From a virus (lineage: Duplodnaviria; Caudoviricetes), in the IMG/VR virus record IMGVR_UViG_2885358051_000002, positions 26,284 through 90,283 of that record: DNA of 64,000 bases. One strand, written 5' to 3'. Under the pieces are notes generated by a model. It was not told the DNA's origin, did not search any database, and was given only the letters and a program-made list of their open reading frames with translations. Numbering within the stretch: position 1 is the first letter of the stretch; each line of letters starts with the position of its first letter. The position numbers were made by a program, and so were the translations under genes. This document shows positions 57,119-64,000 of the stretch, piece by piece.

Positions 57119-57991
57119 TTACGCTGCCAGTTCGTACAAGTCGGAAACAGTCAGTCCATTCTGTACAGCCCAGAAAATCATACTCATGGCCTCGTTCTTA
57201 GAATATATGGTAATGCTATTATCTACCTTACTGTTTAACCAATCACAACCTCGCCACACACGTCCTTGCTTTTCGTATAAGTTGTGGTAAAGTTCATCCA
57301 CCCTGTAGTCATTGTTATATAATTCCTGATACTTCATCCCATCGACCTCTCCAACATACTCATCAAGTACATTTTTGTCAGAGCACGCAGAGGAGTTCTC
57401 GTACAGCCAGTCTGCCGTTTCATTCATAAATTCATCCTGTAAGTCTATGGCATCCTCATTGAGCAGGCAGAGCGTGAGGTATGCACCTATGCACCGCTGT
57501 TCATCGCCGAATGCTTCTATCTCGTCAAAGTTCTGTGGCATAAATGACCAAAAACCATCATGGTCGTGATAATGTTCGTGAATGTAGTCGGAGAATTTTT
57601 GTTCCTGGCGAAATTTTGACAACCACTCGTGCATTTTTGTACGCCATTCCTCTGCCATATAGACCGTGAAATACATGCAGTCATTTTCAAAATTGTAGTA
57701 CTTTGGAGAATGTATCGTTTCCACCTGAATGCTATCAAGACCATATTTTTTGAGAATTGGGACCACGTGCTCATCAATAAAATCACATGCGCGGTCGATA
57801 ATTTCCAGTTCCCATTTATCGCGATCCACGGTGAAATAAGAGAATGGGTGCTCATCATCCGCGTAGCATTCCGACATGCTTTCCTCGTAATCGGAAGGGG
57901 ATAATCGTGTGCCATACATCCCCACGAATACACATGGGAATAGATTGGAACTGATGGAAAAACTCTCGATGTGATTGTTGTTTGTTTGCAT
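57119..57991 (-). CDS. Acidic hypothetical early protein (start at MQTNN)
   Basis: ORF downstream of the TACCTTTG promoter at about 58053. Confidence 0.72.
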   Translation of the reverse strand: MQTNNNHIESFSISSNLFPCVFVGMYGTRLSPSDYEESMSECYADDEHPFSYFTVDRDKWELEIIDRACDFIDEHVVPILKKYGLDSIQVETIHSPKYYNFENDCMYFTVYMAEEWRTKMHEWLSKFRQEQKFSDYIHEHYHDHDGFWSFMPQNFDEIEAFGDEQRCIGAYLTLCLLNEDAIDLQDEFMNETADWLYENSSACSDKNVLDEYVGEVDGMKYQELYNNDYRVDELYHNLYEKQGRVWRGCDWLNSKVDNSITIYSKNEAMSMIFWAVQNGLTVSDLYELAA

Positions 57992-58116
57992 TTTCTTTTG
58001 ATTTGTGAGCCATTTGCGGCTCGGTGAAACATCTTTGTTATTGAATATGTGCAAAGGTAACATCTTTATTTCAATTCTACAAGAAAATAAAGAAAAACAT
58101 TCTTGTTTTCTTGAAA

Positions 58117-58668
58117 TTATTGATGTTTTCTTATGCTTTCGGCCAATTCCGGACATCTCCGGCACAGATTTTCGATAATAACCTCAATAGAAGTCACTTC
58201 CTCGACGACGTTGCCAAAACCATTCATGTCTCCGATGGATCCGGGTTGATAATCTCCTGTCGTCTCGCCGCTATCAATATAGACCGCTCCATCCGGTCCA
58301 GGTGTAAAGACGAGCGATGCTATAGTCTCATTATTTTCGTTGATGGCGAAAACAGGACATTCCGCTCTAAGCCCGAAACAAGCCATGCCTCTTTCCTTGG
58401 TCATCTCGTAGAAGTTCAGACCGGTACGCTTATCCACTTCCCGCAGGATAGGAAGCACAAGGGCATCGGTCCAATGAAGCGTGACGGATCTATATGACTT
58501 AGAGGATAGTTTGTGGTACTCACCCATCTTTTTCGCGGATAACTTCTGGTATCTCAATGAAGCTGCATGGGCTTTTTCGGCTTCTTTCTTGATGCTTTCC
58601 TCTACTTTCTTTTGCTCGGCATAGGCGTTCAAATAAGCCTCCTTAATGCTCTGTATCGTATTGCTCAT
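58117..58668 (-). CDS. Hypothetical protein
   Basis: 183 aa ORF. Confidence 0.7.
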   Translation of the reverse strand: MSNTIQSIKEAYLNAYAEQKKVEESIKKEAEKAHAASLRYQKLSAKKMGEYHKLSSKSYRSVTLHWTDALVLPILREVDKRTGLNFYEMTKERGMACFGLRAECPVFAINENNETIASLVFTPGPDGAVYIDSGETTGDYQPGSIGDMNGFGNVVEEVTSIEVIIENLCRRCPELAESIRKHQ

Positions 58669-58871
58669 ATTTGTATTCCTTTCTCGTCATAAATACTTAT
58701 CACATTGTGATTTTGAATGTAAAAACTATAATTCAATTTTTTCTTCAGTGAGTACAAAAAATCACTAATATATCCTCTGTACTTGGAAAGATTTTCTTTT
58801 GTGGGCTTTTCCAACTCGGAAGATAGATCCACATCGAGTTCCAAGGTTACGTAAAAACATTTTCTTGCCAT
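58665..58871 (-). CDS. Small hypothetical protein
   Basis: Coupled ORF. Confidence 0.55.
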   Translation of the reverse strand: MARKCFYVTLELDVDLSSELEKPTKENLSKYRGYISDFLYSLKKKLNYSFYIQNHNVISIYDEKGIQI

Positions 58872-58913
58872 AAATGTATGTATGATTTAATGAGTTTATG
58901 AATTTATGAAAAG

Positions 58914-59234
58914 TCAGAGTTCACCAAGAGAATTAAGCGTGGCTTCTATATAAGAATAATTCGTACTCCATGAGCATGTAGAAGCACGACTCATCAGTTC
59001 AAGCAAAATGTCATCAACAACAACCTCTTTTTTCTCATCTTTAGTCTTACAATCGCCAAAATCATATCCCATGCCGACTGCATCGTTTAGATGACTTTTG
59101 GCTCTCTCACGGATAAGTTCCCGTGAATTTATCCTCAAAGTGTCGATGTCTGTAAATATGCCCATAAGGACTAAACTACCAGTTGATAACCATTGGTCGC
59201 CCTCATACAGCAGATATACTTTTTTTTGTTCCAT
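58914..59234 (-). CDS. Hypothetical protein
   Basis: 106 aa ORF. Confidence 0.65.
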   Translation of the reverse strand: MEQKKVYLLYEGDQWLSTGSLVLMGIFTDIDTLRINSRELIRERAKSHLNDAVGMGYDFGDCKTKDEKKEVVVDDILLELMSRASTCSWSTNYSYIEATLNSLGEL

Positions 59235-59387
59235 ATCTTAATGAATTTATGAATGTATGAAATAATGATTTTATGAAATTATGAATTATCGCCACCACTT
59301 TCGCAAAAATGCTATATCTTTCTTTGTAAGTTTCATATCACTAAAAAATCATTTGTTATTAAATAAATTCAGTTCGTAATTAGAGGG

Positions 59388-59561
59388 TTAGTATAGCACT
59401 AAGACATCTCGATGCCTATCTTCGCAGGGCTTGACACATAACTCAACAATCTCTTCATAGCGGTAGAAAGGCATTTGTCCTGTTTCGTCCAGAGTTGGAT
59501 ATGTCACCTCCATTTCCTGGTCAAACTTTGATAATTCTTGTATCAATTCTTTGATAGTCAT
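59388..59561 (-). CDS. Small hypothetical protein (MTIKELIQELSKFDQEMEV...)
   Basis: 57 aa ORF below the track threshold; common phage N-terminal pattern. Confidence 0.6.
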   Translation of the reverse strand: MTIKELIQELSKFDQEMEVTYPTLDETGQMPFYRYEEIVELCVKPCEDRHRDVLVLY

Positions 59562-59594
59562 AAGTATTCTTGTTATTAGTTAATAATGTCTTCT

Positions 59595-61880
59595 TTAATC
59601 AGTGATTTCGCCCCCCCCATATAACGTGGGGGATTCTGGCTTATCTTCTTTGATAACTACCTCATGCCCGGCATCCTCAAGGCATCGGACATAGTGCCCT
59701 ATCTGGTCGGCCGCCAGAGGCAGGAGAACAAAAAGATAAGGATAGTCTTCTGCATCCTCTGTAAACACACGCGGAGCGATAGCCGGGAAATGATTAAGCA
59801 CTACTGAAGCTATTTGGGCATCCCGTCCGTAAAGTTCGTAATACTCGCCCATTAGGAAAAAAAATATGGTGGAATGATTCGCCTTTTTCAGTTCGTGGAA
59901 TCGCTTGTAATTTCGGCCGTAATGCTCGCGTGCCATATCCAGCGTGTAGCCATACTTGGCAGCGATGGCAGCGTCTTCCTCGGTGATTTTCTGTGATTTC
60001 GCAGACACGCTATAACGGGGTGCATCCTGTACTGTTTCCGTTGCTTCCGACACCTCGGCCGGGGTTGGAGAGGGTGCAACCTCTCCCGTGTCCGTGTCTG
60101 CCTCCTGCTGCTCACCCTGACCAAACCATGCACGCACGGTGGCGATGGCGTAAGGCTCCGTAGCCTGCCACTGCTTCGCCTCCTTGTTCCAGATGCAGCC
60201 ATGCGCCTTGATCTCGCGCTTATGGAAATACGTATCTTTCCAATCGGCACCCACTACGGCCACACCGCCTTCCGGTAGTTCTACCAGTGACAAACCGGGC
60301 GCGGGGGCTGCGTTGCTCTCTGTTGCCTCGTTTTCTTTGCTCTGGCGGCTTTTCTTGCCGCGTGTGGTGGTCGGGTTGGGCGTGGGTGCTTCGGGCTTCT
60401 TATAGTAACTTGTATGAACAAAAACACGGTGTGCAATCTCACCCGTATATACACGGCTGTAGTCTCCGTGGGGAAATACCGTACACACGGAAAGTCCAAA
60501 GGCCTCAGACACGGCGCGTACTTCCGCATCCGTATAGTCGTGCGGCTTCTCATAGTTGCCGTCCTTGCCTTCGTCGGCGGCGGGTGCTGCTGCGTAAATG
60601 GTAGCAATGAGTTCGGCGCGTTTCTCGTCGCTCATCGTGCGGTTAGTCTCGATGGAGTTTGAAGTACCAATAAACTTGTCGGCAAAGTCCGTGTGCTCTT
60701 CCCTGACGGTATATGCCATGTCCTGCATACCGTCGAAGGAGTCGTGGAATGTTACAAACAGGTTCAAATCGGTGGCGGCGTCAAATTCTTCTTTGGTCGG
60801 TCCATCCTGCCAGCTTACCACATAGTCTTTACCCCATCCGTCGTACTTCTTTACTGAGAATTTAACACCGGGGAAGGCCGCCTGAGCCATCGCCAATATA
60901 TTGCGTTTGCGGGCGTTGTTGCGCTTCGTCTCGGCACTCCTGAGTGCTTTTGCTTCGCGAGAGTTCCGGCGGTGGCGATAGTCTAATTTTTCGTAGGATC
61001 TATAACAAGAGGCCACGGCGTCATCGTAGGGCTTAATCGGATCCATGATGCCCTCCCATTTCTGGCAGCGTGCGCGGTAGTCTGCCAGACGGTCGGCGGC
61101 TTCCTGTTCCTTCTGGCGCTCCTCCTCGGCCTTCTGTTCAGCAAACAGGCGGCGGAACTCTGCAACCTCGGAGGCCATAACCTCCTCCCATGTCAGGGGA
61201 CTATAATAGTAGCGCACATAGTCGTAACCCTCAGCGTCTGCCAGATACCAGCGGCCGGACTTATCCACGACGGCGGCGGCGATGGTATAAAATGTGGATA
61301 ACTCCTCCTTTGTCGGGTTGAACTCGCAGAAGTCGTCACCGACATCCTCGGAACGGCATCCGCCATGCAGCGCGTAGTCAGCAACCAGGCGGTCGCAGTC
61401 CTCGGGAGATGTGGGCAGCTCATCAACGCGGATCACCTTCTCAATACAGCACAGGCGGGGGAGGTCTTCGCGTTCCTCGTCCTTGAACTTAACAAGGTAC
61501 TTTAATTCATCCCTGTAGCCTCCGTCACCCTTAAAATAGGTGGACACAGCCCACACGAATTGTCCTTCACGTATAGGGGCGGGGCAGCCGGCGCCCTTGT
61601 GCTCGTCGGCTTCCAGTTCGTGCGCATGGAACTGGCTACGCTCGTATGCTTCGGCCTTTTCATGGATAGCCTTGCGGGCCTCACTTTCGGCGGCAAGTAC
61701 AGTTTTTTCACCAAAGGTTTTAAGGAATGCCGGACGGCTCAGTGGAGCCATGACGCCGGCCCATCCACATATACCTTCATATTGTTCGTTTTCCGTGTGA
61801 TATGCAGCGGAAAGTATAGGATTAGACAATACTTCGGCCAAACGGGCCACTATCTGCTCAAATGATACTGAATTTTTCAT
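59595..61880 (-). CDS. Polyvalent-type early protein with LPD29-like and C-terminal MutS-I-like domains (start at MKNS)
   Basis: AAFPGVKFSVKK...VSWQDGPT (LPD29-like); YKRFHELKK...IFFFLMGEYYELYGRDA (MutS domain I-like). Confidence 0.72.
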   Translation of the reverse strand: MKNSVSFEQIVARLAEVLSNPILSAAYHTENEQYEGICGWAGVMAPLSRPAFLKTFGEKTVLAAESEARKAIHEKAEAYERSQFHAHELEADEHKGAGCPAPIREGQFVWAVSTYFKGDGGYRDELKYLVKFKDEEREDLPRLCCIEKVIRVDELPTSPEDCDRLVADYALHGGCRSEDVGDDFCEFNPTKEELSTFYTIAAAVVDKSGRWYLADAEGYDYVRYYYSPLTWEEVMASEVAEFRRLFAEQKAEEERQKEQEAADRLADYRARCQKWEGIMDPIKPYDDAVASCYRSYEKLDYRHRRNSREAKALRSAETKRNNARKRNILAMAQAAFPGVKFSVKKYDGWGKDYVVSWQDGPTKEEFDAATDLNLFVTFHDSFDGMQDMAYTVREEHTDFADKFIGTSNSIETNRTMSDEKRAELIATIYAAAPAADEGKDGNYEKPHDYTDAEVRAVSEAFGLSVCTVFPHGDYSRVYTGEIAHRVFVHTSYYKKPEAPTPNPTTTRGKKSRQSKENEATESNAAPAPGLSLVELPEGGVAVVGADWKDTYFHKREIKAHGCIWNKEAKQWQATEPYAIATVRAWFGQGEQQEADTDTGEVAPSPTPAEVSEATETVQDAPRYSVSAKSQKITEEDAAIAAKYGYTLDMAREHYGRNYKRFHELKKANHSTIFFFLMGEYYELYGRDAQIASVVLNHFPAIAPRVFTEDAEDYPYLFVLLPLAADQIGHYVRCLEDAGHEVVIKEDKPESPTLYGGGEITD

Positions 61881-61942
61881 AACTCGATATTGTTTTATGA
61901 TTTTTGAAAATCGGTGAATTTTTGGATATGCTATAAAAGGGA

Positions 61943-62263
61943 TTATTTTACGTTTTGACGACGAACAGACGGGAAGTCGCAACTGGAGAAAGATGCGGGT
62001 AGGGCGTATGTGTCGTATAAGTCACAACCATGCACAAAATGAAAGCAATCATCATGCCGTAACTCATACACGGCGATACCTGCAGAACGTCGGAATATCT
62101 TTACCGTGGCAGACATGCTATAGGCGTTAGAAATCATTTTATTAGAGGTTCCCCACCATTCTTTAGCAATTAAGCTCCATAGGTGGCCAGAAATGGCGAT
62201 AAAGTAGGCATAACATCGGCGACCGCCTTTTTCCTCAATAGCAACATACTTTTTTTCTTCCAT
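61943..62263 (-). CDS. Hypothetical protein (uncertain)
   Basis: ORF fills the operon gap. Confidence 0.4.
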   Translation of the reverse strand: MEEKKYVAIEEKGGRRCYAYFIAISGHLWSLIAKEWWGTSNKMISNAYSMSATVKIFRRSAGIAVYELRHDDCFHFVHGCDLYDTYALPASFSSCDFPSVRRQNVK

Positions 62264-62277
62264 AATAATATGATGTT

Positions 62278-62559
62278 TTATTGTTTTTGGAGATTGGAAT
62301 ATACACTTTGCGGGTATTTTTTTAAGCTCATCGCGTTTAACAGCCGTTCAGCCGTTTTCTCACGTCCCGAAATTACATTACCCGATATGTTGTAATGACA
62401 TTTCATGTATAACCTATAAGCCCTCTGGTTGTACTCTGTATTGCTCATTCGTTCGTTATATAACAATACAAGCGATAATGCCCTATTATAAAGCCGATGG
62501 TTCCCAAAGGCCCTGTATATACGGTTTATCTGAACAGATAAATCTTTTTTACTTTTCAT
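62278..62559 (-). CDS. Basic hypothetical protein
   Basis: 93 aa ORF. Confidence 0.6.
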   Translation of the reverse strand: MKSKKDLSVQINRIYRAFGNHRLYNRALSLVLLYNERMSNTEYNQRAYRLYMKCHYNISGNVISGREKTAERLLNAMSLKKYPQSVYSNLQKQ

Positions 62560-62571
62560 ACTCGTTACTTT

Positions 62572-62901
62572 TCAGTCAATAGGGGCGAAAAAGAAAATTT
62601 CCAGGATAAAAACCACACCCATGAAGACAAGGGCTAAATTAGTGGCCTTCTCGTGCCGTTCCATCCATTCGGCGGCAGCATAGGAAACGCGGAGCTGCAG
62701 GCGGTAGATACGCGGAAGCGTGGTGAAGTGGTAACGGCACCAGCGTGCAGCGTTACGACAAGACTGGATAAAACGGGCCAGAAGTACAACGACAACAGCA
62801 GTAAAGGACATAAGGGTCTTTTTTGTGAGGGCTGCAAGGTTTACATCGGCAACCGAGTCTATAAATGACAAGGAAGAACTTTGATTTACTTTTGCTTTCA
62901 T
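62572..62901 (-). CDS. Small membrane-associated hypothetical protein (start at MKAK)
   Basis: Two hydrophobic segments. Confidence 0.55.
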   Translation of the reverse strand: MKAKVNQSSSLSFIDSVADVNLAALTKKTLMSFTAVVVVLLARFIQSCRNAARWCRYHFTTLPRIYRLQLRVSYAAAEWMERHEKATNLALVFMGVVFILEIFFFAPID

Positions 62902-62978
62902 TGTTTTATGATTTTTGAAAATCGGTGAATAATTAGAGGAAATATAACGGGGATAGCCGGAACCATCCCCGGTCAGTA

Positions 62979-63632
62979 TTAGCAACATGCGGCCTTTAGG
63001 CATCCGCGTTCGGTGTCCAAATTCTCGTAAATGGCTTCGCCGTTGCTAAATGTGCCAATACACGCCAAGAGGTTTTCGCTGCATTGCTCGAAAACGTCTT
63101 CACACTCTTCCACGAGGTTGCGGAATGTTTCATAAATTCGTTTGATGATGTTTTTTGCCTGTATCTTACACATGCCCCGATTCTCCAGCCACTCATCCTT
63201 TATAACGTCCTCAGCAGTCAAAGCATAACGGCCTGTGAGTTCGTACTCATCATAGATAGAGTCAAGTTCCACAGAGGCGGACCAATCAAAATTAGCACCG
63301 GAATAATAACCGGATGTTGCACCCGCTTGCACCTTCACGTATGCAGTTATACCGGCTATTTCCACGGCCTTCACACGTTCGGCAAAATAATGGGTGTTAT
63401 AGGAGCGGTCCCCATCGTTTTCGTCTATCTCGCCCCATCCCAGGCGCAGCAAAGCGGCTTTGCAAGACTCGATGGAAAAATCAAAATCATCTTGTGTGCG
63501 GCACTCATCATATTCACCCAACCATTCTTGGGGGTAGTTGTTGGCGTCTATAGTCTCCTGATCGTAATACTTGTTAAACCCAAAAGCAAAAATCTTGCTT
63601 GCGTTTGCGGTTGCAAAATTCGGTGTACTCAT
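62979..63632 (-). CDS. Acidic hypothetical protein, first gene of the early operon
   Basis: 217 aa ORF after TTTG-20-TACCTTTG at about 63683-63714. Confidence 0.75.
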   Translation of the reverse strand: MSTPNFATANASKIFAFGFNKYYDQETIDANNYPQEWLGEYDECRTQDDFDFSIESCKAALLRLGWGEIDENDGDRSYNTHYFAERVKAVEIAGITAYVKVQAGATSGYYSGANFDWSASVELDSIYDEYELTGRYALTAEDVIKDEWLENRGMCKIQAKNIIKRIYETFRNLVEECEDVFEQCSENLLACIGTFSNGEAIYENLDTERGCLKAACC

Positions 63633-63864
63633 ATTTTTTTGTTTTATGCCTCACTGGAGGCGGTTATTTATTTTTGTTGATGCAAAGGTACGGACTTTAT
63701 TTGATACCGCCAAACATTTTGAGAAAAAAATTCGCGTTTTCTTGAAAATAATTTCTTTTTGTCCGTTTTTAAAATTTGAAAGGGCATTTTTAGAAACATA
63801 AAACAGTGAAAATTCACATGTTCTATAATGAAGGTATATGTATAGGCACACGCTCTCGCCTGCT

Positions 63865-64000
63865 GGACATGTAGCCACATGGCGGGTATTCTTCCGGACA
63901 TGGATCACCCACGGCGGGCACTCTTCCAGACATGCAGCACCACGGCGGGCACACCCTGCCGGACATGCAGCACCACCGGGCACACCTTGCCGGACATGCA
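63865..64000. repeat. GC-rich degenerate tandem repeat with a 31-33 bp unit (GGACATGCAGCACCACGGCGGGCACACC...), running off the window
   Basis: Units start at about 63865, 63896, 63928, 63961 and 63992. Confidence 0.8.

Larger units (their letters stand above)
1..64000. mobile_element. Temperate Bacteroidales tailed phage / probable phage-plasmid (partial; extends past both edges)
   Basis: Capsid, prohead protease, tape measure, primase, clamp, phage-type MTases, Rep/ParA and Bacteroidetes TAnnTTTG promoters throughout; no host housekeeping synteny. Confidence 0.93.

Noticed and set aside
63865-64000. CRISPR array
   Set aside because: Units are contiguous degenerate repeats with no unique spacers, and no cas genes are present
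1-64000. Stop-codon reassignment as in some gut phages
   Set aside because: Long genes are uninterrupted under the standard code; the one internal stop (44477) is an isolated TAA

Overview
The whole window is part of a large temperate Bacteroidales (Prevotella-like) tailed phage, most of it on the minus strand. It looks like a phage-plasmid, with a Rep_3-type initiator, iteron-like repeats, ParA and a ribbon-helix-helix partner. Virion genes (capsid, S49 protease/scaffold, probable tail tube, tape measure, tail proteins) sit in separate blocks. Four of the probable late units share a promoter motif with a fixed 25-nt spacing. Replication and nucleotide genes include a sliding clamp, a primase/helicase, a second primase-accessory protein, ThyX, an exonuclease and an HNH nuclease. 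There is a large DNA-modification set: four methyltransferases, a PAPS reductase and two radical SAM proteins. An IS982-family element is inserted in a small phage gene. The most unusual element is a circularly permuted C5-cytosine methyltransferase core with no target-recognition region, flanked by about ten translationally coupled 58-70 codon mini-genes that resemble MTase variable-region modules. Nine of the ten modules with a central poly-G tract are out of frame by exactly one base at that tract. Also notable are a phage-borne ketoacyl synthase plus acyl carrier protein pair and a shortened NAD+-ligase with a C-terminal membrane anchor. No terminase, portal, integrase, tRNA, CRISPR array or reverse transcriptase was seen. 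All family assignments come from motif recognition by eye; no database search was run.
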